A stretch of 64,000 bases of DNA from contig RSEE01000065.1 in NCBI GenBank assembly GCA_003971905.1, forward strand, positions 124,001 through 188,000. Direction: 5' to 3'. Of the stretch, positions 49,101-61,338 are shown in pieces (the first letter of the stretch is position 1; every line of letters begins with the position of its first letter). The notes beneath the pieces are model-generated. The model was not told the DNA's origin, did not search any database, and saw only the letters and a program-made list of their open reading frames with translations. Position numbers and translations under genes: made by a program. The DNA comes from Moniliella sp. 'wahieum'. Taxonomy: Eukaryota.

Positions 49101-49736
49101 TGTTGTATTGCTCCAAACGAGCACGTTTGTGCAAGCTAACCACGGGAAGAGTCATCTGGTTCTTTGAGACAAATACAACACGTACGCTTGAATCATCCTC
49201 TGGTGAGGATTTGGACCAATCGGTCTTGAGAAAAGTCACGGTCCACAAAGAATTCCGGCTGGAAGAGGGGGAAGATGGTCAATGCCCCATGCCATTACGC
49301 GTCCCGAACGCACGGAGCACCAACCTTTTGAAATCCCTTGGCGATGAGGAATAGGCGAATCTGGAGACAGTCAAACCAATGTCAGTGTTCTCGCACTCTA
49401 CTCTGCGAGTCGTTCCAGCAGGCACCAACGGACATCGAAGGCACGTTCATACCGCTGCAGCCAGCGCTTCAGGCCACATTCTTGCAGTTCAGCATCGAGT
49501 TGACCGATGCGCTCCGGGGGAAACTCTCGTAGGGCTGGCCCAGCATGATGTGATGATGTGGGGGGTTAGCGACGCGTCCTCCTGCCTGCCAGCCCGCCGA
49601 CGCGAAACGCGGGCGGGCGGCTGTGGCGCTGGAGGAGGAGAGACAGGAACGAACCAGCGTGCTGGAGATCATGCGCCTGCTTGCCACCCTCCCAACCCGC
49701 CAGGGCGGCGTTCTGGACGGCTGGGGCAGGCCGCAT
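46150..49736 (-). CDS. SIR2: NAD-dependent deacetylase, Sir2/Hst1 (SIRT1-like) with long low-complexity C-terminal tail; introns include 48783-48890, 48339-48410, ~47954-48001
   Basis: IIVLTGAGIS, GIPDFRS, LRNYTQNIDTLE, QCHGSFATATC..C..CPVC, K/PDITFFGE, GTSLNVAPV, LLGNAD; both ends approximate; SIR2 vs HST1 orthology not resolved. Confidence 0.92.
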
Positions 49737-49987
49737 GAGGCCAAAGGGGTGTCGAACGCGAGAAGGCCCAAGGAGGAAGCGCAAATTGCCCAGCAGGAGC
49801 GGTGGTCAGCGCGTCCGCACTGCGCTCGAACCTCGAGTGGGATCGGTGATGGAGTGGGGGCATGGATGATCTGGTGCCGTGGGAGGAGCCGCGTTACGTC
49901 AGCGCGTCGCAGCGCGTCTGCCGCTAGCCAGGCCAGGCCGGCTCCACGCGGCCAGAGCGGCTGCGTCTGCCAGACGTCCCCACCACC

Positions 49988-50536
49988 ATGGTTTCTGAGG
50001 CGCCCGAGGTGATCCAGGACTTGGCCATCTATGCCATCGTTGTTCCCGCGCTCCTGATCCTGGTGGGCATCATGTACGGAATCGTCATGTGGGGCGAGCA
50101 CACGGTGCGCGAATGGAACACGCCGCGCACGCCCTTCCACACGGGGCACCAAGGTCCGCTGGGCTGGAACGGAGAGGGCCAACGACGAACGTACCAAGGT
50201 GCATCGGTGTCTTGCGACTCTGCATCGCAACCCCTTCTCTCCAAGGACACGCCCACCATCCCCGAGGAAGACCAAGATGGGGACGCAGATGATGCGACAA
50301 CGGTGGTGGGCGAAGATGCAGCGAGCGAGGTCACGGCCGTCGAGGGGTCCCGGTGGAAACTGCGACGAGAAGGGTTCAGTACCACGTCGCGTGCGGGTAG
50401 TACGACCGCACGCCCGGAGCGCCCTCGCAGTGGGAGGGGACGAGGACAAGGACGACCGCCGCGCTCGCTCCGAGGAACGGTGCGGATCATTGATGAGTCG
50501 GGCCAAGAACGTATTATCTATCCCCACAATGTGTGA
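49988..50536 (+). CDS. Hypothetical single-pass membrane protein, 182 aa
   Basis: Uninterrupted ORF, start context CCACCATGG, N-terminal hydrophobic stretch LAIYAIVVPALLILVGIMYGIVMW. Confidence 0.6.
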   Translation: MVSEAPEVIQDLAIYAIVVPALLILVGIMYGIVMWGEHTVREWNTPRTPFHTGHQGPLGWNGEGQRRTYQGASVSCDSASQPLLSKDTPTIPEEDQDGDADDATTVVGEDAASEVTAVEGSRWKLRREGFSTTSRAGSTTARPERPRSGRGRGQGRPPRSLRGTVRIIDESGQERIIYPHNV

Positions 50537-50808
50537 CCTTGGGTGGTTGCATCATCCTATTTCCCAGTGTACTTTTTTCTTCTCTCAACAAGGTCTCGTG
50601 CATTTTTTCATTTTTGTTCCTTCGGCTCCCTCATTCGCCCCACTCCCGTTGCAAACGAATGGAACAAAGTAGGCAAGATCCATTTGGTGGTGATGAGGCT
50701 CATGGGCTCAATGAGGCAGAGACTTGGAGACATTCTTCTATTATATAGTCCCCGAAGGGAGCTAATCTGTGCGTTTCAAGAGGTTCATCATTTTCACTGT
50801 ACCTTCCA

Positions 50809-53300
50809 TCACGACCGCGTCGTCGCCCGTCCACGTAGCGAATCCTCCGGCTCAGATTGGGGCTGGGCAAGGACGGAATCGTACGAAGGGGGCAAGGCCT
50901 GGTCATCCTCCGTCTCCACCAGGTCGTTCAAACGGGGGATCGCCTCGGCCAAATCGGGATAGGCGCGGACCCGGGAGCGGGAGCGCGACCCACCGCGGAT
51001 CGGCGTTGTCATCCCGACCCCCGGGGCTTGGGGCCAAAGGAAGACGAGAAAGGTGTCCGGCGTACCCATCTAGGTTCTCCCGTACCACCGGTGGCGCGTC
51101 CCCGAGCGCAATGGAAGGTGCGCCGTCCTTGCCCACCTCAGTCACCGTGGGGGGACGAGAAGAACGCTCGCGCGAGGTGGCACGCGAAGGGGAGGCAGAA
51201 GGTGCACCACTCGGACCCCCGGAGGAGACGGAGGAAGAGGCGGTAGCCGAGGGGCCTTGGTGGGTTGAGGAGGACGCACTTGGTTGGGAATTGCGCGCCA
51301 ACGCGGAATCGTCAATGGGGGTGTACTCGCCAATTTTGCCGCGGCTGCGGACTTGGTTGATCGGGACATCGTACCCAGGCGTGCGCGGGAGCATATTGCG
51401 TTCCTTGGCTTCGAGATCGGCCAGGCTCATGCCACACACACAAAAGTCATGTCCAGTGGGCTGAAGCGGGCCGGCAGCGATGGACCAAGGCGACTGTTCT
51501 TGCTTCAAGGCCTCGGGAACGCGGTACATGTTGCCCGTCCCGCGCTGGGACAGCTCCTTCTCCTCATAGAGGGGAAGCGTGACGGCGTGGTAGGCAACGC
51601 AACACGAGGGGATAATCACGGGCTGACGCAAGGCGAATGCCTTGAGCTTGCGTTCCGTCTCCGAGGGGAGGCCCTCCAAGCTCGGGTCGCGCGAGTGGAT
51701 AACTTCGACAACAAGCGTGTGACTGAAACGAATGTCCCCCTTGGAGCCAGGTAGGGTAGTTGGGCGAATCACATTGTCATCGGGAACCCGTGCGATACCT
51801 TGAACGGACCAGGCATGATCCGTGCCACAATTCCGGATAATGTGTTCCTTGGCTTTGGGCAACTCCATGTCACTGGGGCGGTGCGGGATAAATCCCTTCT
51901 CAAACAGGCGGTGCTTGATGGGTGGGACCGACTGTTTTCCCCTCTTGGCCGTATACAAATCGATCTGCGTCTCAAGGGAGACCCGGACCATGTAGACGAT
52001 CAAGTCGGTGGGAGGGTTAGGCGAGTGGACATCAATGTTGAAGATACCGCCGACAGAGATGTTGTTGGAAGTACAGGCAATGCTCAGCAACCCGACGGTA
52101 GGGTGAAGATCATTGTACATGACCGCCATGGCCGTCGATGGCGACTCGATACTCGGCACCGTCATGGGGAAAATTTCTCGCACCGCATCCACGTTCGACT
52201 TGGCCCGCCCTGCGCCAATCGCAGTCGCCTTGATCGTATACCGAACCCGTCCATACGGAGAGCGTTCAACGTGGCGCAGTTGGAGGGCAGAATAAACGCA
52301 AACTCAAATCTGTAGAAACATCGGGGTCAGCGTACCGACGTTGGCTCGACGGCTGTGCAAGGGACATACCCATGAATCCCCTTGGCGACAAACATGCCCT
52401 CCTCGTCGTCGGCCTCAAACACGGAATCGTCGTGGGGACGCTCAGAGCGAGAAGGTGCACGGGAAGTCAGGCCCTTGCTCGGAGAGCGAGATGGCTGCAC
52501 GGGGGTGATGGTTTGCGGGATTGGGTGGGGGCGCTGTCCCTTCTTCTGGCACTATGGAGGGACGGTGGTGAGGGCGACCGCGGTGCTCCTCGTCGTCGTC
52601 CGCCCGAGAATGATGGGCGGAGACACTTCTGCGCCCAGGCACAGTAGCCGAACTGAACAGTCCACCCGGATGGACGGGGTTGCGGGAGCTGGATCGCCCG
52701 CGGCTAGAGGGAGAGACAGGGCGCGAGGGTCTGCTGGCGTTCCGGCTGGACGAGCGTCCGCGCATGGCAGCGGCAAGCGCACCGGCCAGTCCGGTAACAC
52801 TTTGATCGCGACGCGTACGGGACGTGTCCCGGCGCTCGGCGCGTCCACGATCTTCACACTCGCTATCGCTACTCTCCCGCTCAGGGGAGGGGGCGCGACT
52901 GGTCGATCGGGAGGGAGCGCGGGAAACCGAGCGGCTGGTCGAGGCGCGGACACGACTGTGGCTGTGGCTGTGGCTGTGGCTGTGCCGGGAGCGGGAGGCA
53001 CGCCGATCTCCAGAGTCTTATCCATGATGATGCGCTCGTCCCAGTTGACAGGCACGGTTGAGGTCTGTTGGTCCAGAATGCCAATCATCTCCGATGCACG
53101 GAGACGGACGCGGATCCCGCCAATGTGCCGGTCGCTGGGCACCTGCAGCTCAATCAGCCCGCGCACCAGCTCGTCATCTGCCTGGGGCGGAGCGTCGGGG
53201 TTGGCGGAGCGGACGGGGGCGGACTCGGGGGGTGGAGGAAGATGACGTTTTGGAGCAGATGGATCCTGACCTCCGAGGGCTGGAAAAAGGTGGAGAGCAT
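50809..53300 (-). CDS. Alpha-arrestin (ART-like ubiquitin ligase adaptor); intron 52310-52369; frameshifts
   Basis: VRIHLLQNVIFLHP, VRGLIELQVP..IRVRL, KGIHG/FEFAFILP..PYGRVRYTIKATA, PTTLPGS..IRFSHTL; PY motifs LPLY and PPSY. Confidence 0.82.
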
Positions 53301-55198
53301 GCTTCGTCTTTGCTGGGGCCGACCGTCGAGGGCCAGCAGCGAGCACGCGCACAAGAGAAAAGAAGAAGAAAAGAGAGATGAGGTGGTGGCGCAGAGACCA
53401 GAGCAGCTCGCAAAAGCGGGGCTGGCAGGGCGCGGGACAAGTTGAGTACCTGGGGGGATCCGGGGGAGCGATGTGCCAGCGAAGGCAACCGAAGTGTGCC
53501 ACCTGTATCCTAGCCGGTGGATCGTGGCTAGTGGCGGGTTTGGGCGTGTGTGGGCCATGTGCTTTGGGGCTGCTGGGCTGGCGAGCGGCCGCACGACAAA
53601 CCATCATCACCGGCATCACCGCACTCACCGCACGCGTCCAGCAGGCCTCATCCATCAGCATCACCCGCCACGGACCATCACCAGCATGCCACCTGTCAGG
53701 CCGCCCGTTGCCATGCATGCCACATGTCAGGCCGGGCGCCGCAGACGAGCTTTCGGGCGGGGGCGGAATGCGCGGAATCGATGGCAGTGTCTCACTTTAG
53801 CCGGCGGTTTCCGAGCGGCGCTGCCTCCGTGGCCGGCAGGCTCGACAGACCGTGGCTGGCCCCAGAGGCAGGTACACGCAGGTACAACATGGCCGGCGCC
53901 ACGAGCTGGCGGCCACTCCATAGCCACTAGTCAGTACGATGCCCTTCTATTAATCCAAATCCTCTATTGCCCACTAAACTAGCCCATGTCAAACCATCCA
54001 TCATCAATCGAGCCGTTTGAAAATGGTTTGGGAGGGCTGGGACACCCAAAGACACAGCGTGGCCTTAGTGACCCCTGCGTGCATCAGCTGCATTAGCTGC
54101 ATCGCCCATCGCAGCCGCAACTTTCAGTCCAAGCTGAACCCATTCCGACGCCCCCACAACGTTTCAGCGCCTGATGCTATTGGGTCGCTAATAGGCTTCC
54201 AGACCTTCATGGTCCGGTCGCTGGTCACCGTGAAAAACGCTCAGGCGTGCCAGGTGAAACGCTGAATACGATTCGGCTGTGTTTTTTTGCTGCTCCTGGT
54301 GCCGTCGTCTCCAGCGGCTTTCAACCGAGGGGTCAATCGGACGTCATTCTCGCGTTTCTTGCTGAACACGTTGAGCCAGGAGGCACAGCTCATGTGTTTG
54401 ACTAAGGCCCCTTCAGTCCCTCCTCAGGCCGAGGGGCTCTGGCTTCTCGCTTTTGTTTTCCTTGTTCCTCAGTGACTGTGTGGCTGTGCTGTCTGTCCCT
54501 GTTGGGCGTCATTGGTTGGCTTAGTTCGACCACCATCACCGGCACCACCGATAGTGCAATTGTATCATCCTCGAGGATCACCAAAACTCCAGTTCTCCTT
54601 CACCCGGGGGTGGTCTATCATATCATCATCTCTTTCGCCATCATCATTAAACTACTAGAGGGTCTATGTAGCTGATGCAAAACTTGCATGCATGTTGGTG
54701 GGCTCGCGACTCGAAATACAAGGTGGTACATTATGATAACTTCTTCATGTCGGCCGCGTTCTGTTGATGAACGCGCCGCAGTGAAACACACCAAACGTAT
54801 GCAAAAGGCTTGGACCATGGCTATGTGTTTGCTTGTGACACCACAAGGCCGTTGCGGCTTGGCTAATTCGACATGCACCGTCAACGGCTCCCTAAAGCGA
54901 AACAGACCAAAACGGGGCACCTGGGGCTCCATGATGCGAACAATGCAGAAGTGACCTGAAGAGCGGGGCGTGAGGGGCACGCCGCCATCGTGTTCAGTGC
55001 CACAAGAATGAAGACGGTCTGCGGTTTGAGTGGCAATTCGCCCAGCCATAAAGTCCAAATGATGATGTGTTCGCCCGGATGCTGATTCTAGGGGGAAAGA
55101 CAGCTAGAAGCATTTTCGGGACGGAACATCGACCCGGATCAAAGGAAAGGGGCGGGAGAGGAAACAGACGTGGGGGAAGGACTCCTCCCGAAAACACA

Positions 55199-55496
55199 TC
55201 AAGGTTGGCTTTGTGTGGGTGCTTGCGGCGCGAAGAGGGAGGCCTCTGTACCCTGGGGAACTGGTGCAACACCCAACGCTGAGCGGCCGAGAGGACCCGC
55301 GCTCATGTGCCCGGACATCGCCGTGCTGAGACGTAGGTGCAGGCACGGCTTGGCCATTGGTTCCGGGCCAGTGGGGTGGACATCATGTGCCCCGGGCACG
55401 GGCTTTCCTTCAGCCTCAACACTGCTTTGCGAGCGGAAATCGCATCCTCGACATTTTGAGTCGAGATGGCGATCCGGGTGGCGGACGGCGCAGCAT
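55199..55496 (-). CDS. CDC26: Putative APC/C subunit Cdc26-like small protein (needs a +1 base near codon 6; stop at 55303 or 55199)
   Basis: ACCACCATG CTG CGC CGT CCG CC[n] ACC CGG ATC GCC ATC TCG ACT CAA AAT GTC GAG GAT = MLRRPPTRIAISTQNVED, matching the Cdc26 N-terminal MLRRxPTxI/L signature. Confidence 0.55.
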
Positions 55497-55911
55497 GGTG
55501 GTCGTTAACCCTTTCAAGGTCGGATGGAGGTGGCGATCGCGTTTCCAGCCGAGGTCGCCGCCAGTGTTGCTTGGACACGCGCCACACGGTTGGGCTGGAT
55601 GGCGACGGTGCTTACGTACTCAGCATACGTCTCTCTCTCTCTCGGTTGCACGTGACCAGTTTGGGACAGCGACGAAGAAATAGGGTTGCAGCCAAAGCGG
55701 CACTCTGCTGCAATTTCTAAGCTGCAGGGCGGGCACGGGGGCAGCGCTCACGTAATGCACCTGACAGCGCACGGTCAGAGCCGGCGGCGCACAGGAGCAG
55801 TGTGCGGGTCGGACGGCCCCCGTGCGGTCTTCCTGGAGGAGGGCGTGGGTGGCCGGTGCTGGTGGGCAGGCGCTGGCGGTGGTTCTTGGGCCTTACCCGC
55901 CATCCCCCGCC

Positions 55912-57121
55912 ATGTTCGCTCGTGTTGCTGCTGCCCGTGCCCTGCAGGCCACCTCGGCCGCCCCCGCGGTCCGTGGCTTCCACGCCTCCGCCGCCCAGGC
56001 TGCCACGCTGCGTGAGCTGGAGCAGCGCATCAAGTCCGTCGGCAACATTGAGAAGATCACCAAGTCGATGAAGATGATTGCCGCTACGCAGCTCAACAAG
56101 GCCCAGCGCGGCATGGAGGCTGCCAAGGCGTACGGCAAGGCTAACCAGGGTGAGTGCTTGTTCTGACATGGTCTGATTGGTTCCAAGCTGTGAGAGCTTT
56201 GGAAGGTCCCAGGGAGTGGCCTGCATCAGGCTTCCGCCACAGAACCATCTTGCCCCGTCGCCGATTCCAATGGCACCGCCAGTCCGCGTGGCTATGGTGC
56301 CGATCTCGTATTCACCTCTGACGCCTGGCGTACGCTAGCTCGTCCGGAAGGGGGGTGGGTGGGTTCAGGAGGTGGGACGCGGTTGGGACTTGCCCTACGC
56401 TCAATGGACCAGTACCATTTCTTATATCGACTTGTGCTGACCCTTTCCGTCATCAGAGATCTTCAAGCAGACTGGCGCCAAGGCCCCGGAGGGCGGCAAG
56501 CAGCTGATTGTCGTCGTGTCGTCGGACAAGGGTCTCTGCGGTGGTATCCACTCGGCGGTGACCAAGAAGACGCGGCAAGAGTACGCTGACGCGGCCGAGG
56601 GCGACAAGCCCCAGATCATTGTGGTCGGTGACAAGTCCAAGGCGCAGCTGCACCGTGCTCTCCCTGAGGCCCTTGTGCTCTCCTTTAGCGGCTTTGGTAA
56701 GGAGAACGCCACGTTCGCTGACGCGGCTGCTATCACCGACCTGATCTTCGCCCAGGGTCTTGAGTTTGACTCGATCAAGATTGTGTACAACAAGTACATG
56801 TCTGCCATTTCGTTTGAGTCGGTCGCCGACAGTGTGTACGCCGAGAAGGTCCTTGCCGAGGCGCCTGAGTTCAACGTGTACGAGGCTGATGAGGACTATG
56901 TGTCGGACCTGGCCCAGTTCTCCATCTGCAACGCCATCTTTGCTGCGCTGGCCGAGGGCCATGCGTCGGAGATCAACTCGAAGCGGAACGCTATGGACAA
57001 CGCCTCGAAGAACGCCGGCGAAATGATCACCAATCTCAACATGGCATACAACCGTGGTCGCCAGGCTGCCATTACCAACGAGCTTGTCGAGATTATCACG
57101 GGTGCGTCGGCCATGGAGTAA
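55912..57121 (+). CDS. ATP3: Mitochondrial F1 ATP synthase gamma subunit; intron 56150-56456
   Basis: Presequence, ATLRELEQRIKSVGNIEKITKSMKMIA, SSDKGLCGGIHS, RNAMDNASKNAGEMI, YNRGRQAAITNELVEIITGA; splices in frame. Confidence 0.98.
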
Positions 57122-57707
57122 AGAAGGAGCCTCTTTTGTTTGAGCGCCTCATCGCCAACGAAGAAAAGTATTCCATGCATCCCCGACCTGTTAGGTTGTG
57201 TCGTTTCGCATTGATAGCTGGAGTTTGCTTTGGGAGTGAGGTTGGTTGACGCGTGGCGTCAACGCCCAAGGCAGGACAGTGGCTTCGAGGCCGACCTGAG
57301 GGCTAAAACGGCGTCGGAAGTCAACATGAAAAGCGGCTGCAAGCAGAGGCGCTGGCGTGGTTGCCCGCTCAGCTTGGCCCACGAGCTGCATGGCCGGCCT
57401 GTCGTTGACCTTCCTTATAGGGCCTGGATCCGGCCGGGTAGGGTTACCGCAAAAACCGCCGGCGACACTGGCGATGTGCTATGCGTCGAAATTCCGCCCG
57501 TTCGTTCCGCCCGGCCCAGGCCCGCTTGGGGCCAGCCCGCGTCTGATGGGCCTCGATGTCCTTCCTCAGCGACTGCCCGATCCCGTCACCGCCAAGTGGC
57601 GTCGCCAGGCCATCCATTCTCGCGCGACCGCCGACGTGTTTCCTGCATCGTCTTTACCGGCACGGCGCTCTGCTTTGCCACACCGTTTGTCTGTGCTCTG
57701 CTGTACC

Positions 57708-60364
57708 ATGATCGAGGAGCGCAAGCGTCCTCTCGACTCCTCTGAGCCTGCTGCTGGGAGCCCGCTCAAGCGCCCACGCGAGGAATCCAGCACCAATGGC
57801 GCCCCTGAGGAGGAGAGCCCGGCCTTTAAGGATCTCGAGGTTCGTTCCTCCCTCCCCTTTTGTCTTCCCCTCCCTCTTCTGTCCTCATCTCCGCCACGCG
57901 CCGGTCGCTGACATGTGTGCAGACGTTCCGTAAAGAAGCCATCTACCGCCGAATGCTGGAAGCCCAGCGCGACCTGGCCCGCGGCGTAAAGAAGGCGCGC
58001 TCGCTCCAGCGACAACTGGATGGGCTGGAGGAACGGACGAGCACTTTTTCCAAATGCTGGCTCACGCTTGTGGCCGACATGGAAGGGTTGCTCGACTCGC
58101 CCACGCGCAAGGAAGGTAAGCCCCCCCCCCCTCCTCCCACTTTTTTGGAAGCCATGCCTAACCCTTTCTTAGCTCTGTCCCAATCCTTATCTGCGTTCCA
58201 AAATGCCTCCGACTCCGAGGCGCTCCAACATGCAATGCAGCAGACAACTGACACCTTGCGCAAGGTGGTCTCGGCCTCGTTGCTACGAGAAGGAGAGGGC
58301 GGTTTGGACGACAGGAAGATCTTAGATCGGTGCCATCTGCTCACCGAAGAGGTACGTCCCGTCTCTCCATTTCTTGGGTTCATACTGACCCGATCCAGGC
58401 CTCGGCACTGCGACAACAAGTACTGGCCCAGCGGCGTGACCTTGACGTGGCTCATGCCGAGTTGAAGGAGGCGGTGCAAAAACTGCGCATTGTAGAGCGG
58501 CAGCGGGACCGCTCGCTGGCCCCAGGAGTGTGGGCCGTGGAGCACCCCAACGAAGAGAGACCCGAACCGGTGCCCGCGTCGGACCCGACCCCTGCACCTG
58601 CAGAAGCGTCCAAACCAGATCCTTCCAGTACGGACGACACGCCCGCCGTGCCCGCCGCTAAGCTGAACGCGCTCGAGATGGAAGTGCAGGATTTGTCGGC
58701 ACTGGCCAAAGGGCGCTTGGAGGAAGTGTCTGCTGTGCGACAGGAACTGGTGCAAGCCAAGCAGGAAATGGAGAGGATGCAGATGCGTCTGGAAAAGGCT
58801 CACACGCCTTCGTTGGAGCAGATTCAGAATGCGCCTGCGTACCTCGAAGCGCAAGCTCGCGCTGAGCTGGCTGAGACAAATGCTCGCCGCGCCGCCACTC
58901 TGCGCGAAGTGGAAAAAGAGGAGAATGTGGCTCTTCGCGCGGCTCATCAATCTTTGGAACGGCTGATCGGACGTGAACAGGGCCGCACCTTGGAAGAACT
59001 CAAAGCAGTTGAAGGCACGAGAGTCTGACCTGATTCGTCTTCGTGGCCAGAGGGACGAAGCGGCAGGCAAGTTGAACGAGTACAAAGCGCGGGCTGGGGT
59101 GCAAGTGAGCACAACGCAGGAACTGAGGGCTCTGGTCACGCTCAAGGAGAGGAAGGCGGAACGGTTCCGTGCCGAGGTGCGACGTCTGCACCTAATTCTC
59201 GCTGCTAAGGCGGGAGATAACGACCTGGACCCAAGTCAAGGAGTCTGGCGCAGCCGACTTGGACGTGGAGGGGATGCTGCGACAGGCCAAGGAAGAACTC
59301 CAGCATTGTTTGATGACCTACAGACGCGGTATGATGCTCTTGTTGCCTCATCGACGGAAGGCCAGGTGGACGCGGCGCAGTTGGCGGTGCAGCTTACTGA
59401 GCTCCGCCGGCTTCTCGTCGTCGCTACGGAGGGAGAAGCCGGGGCCGACGTGAGCGAAACCCAAGCGGTCGAGATCTGGAAGGAAAAACAGGCATTGCTC
59501 ACCAAGCTCCAAGCTCAAGTGGACGCTGTGGACTCGACGGTAAACGAGTTGTGTGCCGAGATTGATGCTCTGGGCGCATCGAGTGCGTCAGAGGAGCGGG
59601 AGACAGAACGAGCACTGACACAACGCGTGGTCGAGGTGGGCAAGTTGGAGGATAAGGTGCTACGTCTCACCGCTGAGAAGGCCAAGGCGGACAACAAGTA
59701 CTTCAGTGCGATGCGGGCGAAGGACGCGCTAGAGGCCGAGAAGCAGCTTTTGACACGAGAAGTGGAGAAGCACAAGGCGCGATGGACAGCTTTGTGGCTG
59801 CAGAGAAGGCGTTTTCCGCCCAGCAGGTGCTCAATGAGGGCGAGGTCAAGGCTGCGCGAGACGCGTTGGAAGCCCACAAGGTAGAGCTGGCGCAGGCCAA
59901 GGCGCAACTGGCCAGTTTGCAGACGAAGGAGGCGGATGCGCATCGTGTGCTTGCATCGAACGAGAAGAGGATGGCGGAGCTGGTCCGGTCTGAAGAGGAC
60001 GCCAAGTCGGAAGCGCGTCGGGCCGAGGAGCGGGCGCAAGGCGTGGCACATGACCTTGAGCGGGCGCGCAAAGCGGCTGCTGCGCCGCGCCGCGGGTCGG
60101 GTGGGAGCGGAAACGAGGAACTGGAGGCGCTCAAGTCGCTGTTGATTTGCTCGACGTGCAAGGAACGGTATCGGGGCAAGGTGATCACCAAGTGCATGCA
60201 CACCTTCTGCCCCGAGTGCATCGACTCGCGTATCCAGACCCGGCAGCGCAAGTGCCCACATTGCGGCTTGGCGTTCGCCATCAGCGATGTGCAGCCCTGT
60301 ATTGTGCGTCCCATTCCTTGCGCGCTTTGAGTATAAACGAACGGACGGTTGGACAGTGCAATGA
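57708..60364 (+). CDS. BRE1: E3 ubiquitin ligase Bre1 (histone H2B); introns 57840-57922, 58352-58398, probably 60304-60356; frameshifts
   Basis: FRKEAIYRRMLE, coiled coils, EKAKADNKYFSAMR, RING CSTC..TKCMHTFCPECIDSRIQTRQRKCPHC. Confidence 0.95.
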
Positions 60365-61338
60365 ACTTGCTGTTCGTCACCCCCTCACGCGCTACGTATC
60401 AGTCTACCCTGTCGATGCCACTCGTCATCCCCCCTCTCGTCCCCACCGTCTGTCAATGCTCTCAACAATGGAGGCGAGGCATGGATCAGTCGCGATTGCA
60501 GCCGAGCCACGGCAAGTACCCAAGCAGGCTGGTTGGCAACGTGATCCGGATAGACACGTACATGAGGTAGCGTGATTGTCTCGTGATTGTCTCTTCGAAC
60601 GTAGCCTTTGGCAACAAGCGACGCGGCGTGGGTTCTTTTAATGGGTGCGTGGGGGTCAGTGTACCTGTGAGCTCGACTAGGGCGGGAGTGAGTGCAAGGG
60701 TGGGAACGGGGGGCGAGATTGGGTACGAGCCCAGCCAACTCTGAGCGGCGAGAAGGGGTCGGGGGTGGGCATGATGCAGATGGGGTGCAGAGGGGGTGGG
60801 AGAAAGGGCGGGAGGCGAGCGGCAAGCGGGCTCAGGCTGACAGCGGTGGGAGATGGGAGTTTTTGCTTGGTGGCGTGGGACAGCCGAGACGATCGGGGTA
60901 GCCAGAGCCGAGCCCAACAAGGGCCCCCACCTTGGGCGTCAGCATGTGGAACGATCCCGCCTCCGATGTCGCCCGGCATCCGTTGCCACATGAGCAGGGG
61001 AGAAGGGAGACTGGTGGACGCTCTGCTACCCCCATCAGGCCTCCTCGCCAGCACCTGCGTGTGCTCTGGATCGACACTTTTGGTACGCTGAAGGCGGAAA
61101 CACATCTGTCCGCCTCACCTGGCTCACCCCCAGCGAGAGTGGTCAATGCCGTTGGGGCTGCGGTAAGCCTGGATCAGGAGTCAGTCTACCTTAGACTCTC
61201 CATACACAGCGCATGCCCACAGCGTATGCCCAGTCCCAAGTGCAATCAGTAGTATCGTATTGCATCTGCTCTGTATAGTAGATGGCGCCTACCAAGTGTC
61301 CGACAACGATGCTTTCAAAAAGGGAGCAGGCCAAGGAA

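Noticed and set aside
54000..55150. Possible degenerate minus-strand gene between the arrestin and CDC26-like genes
   Set aside because: Short ORFs without recognisable motifs or clear splice structure
6003..60364. Functional cluster of RNA-decay and chromatin genes (NOT1, THP3, YTH, SIR2, BRE1)
   Set aside because: Interspersed with unrelated housekeeping genes; no evidence beyond chance adjacency
60400..61300. Possible small gene between BRE1 and SEC8
   Set aside because: Overlapping ORFs on both strands with no identifiable product
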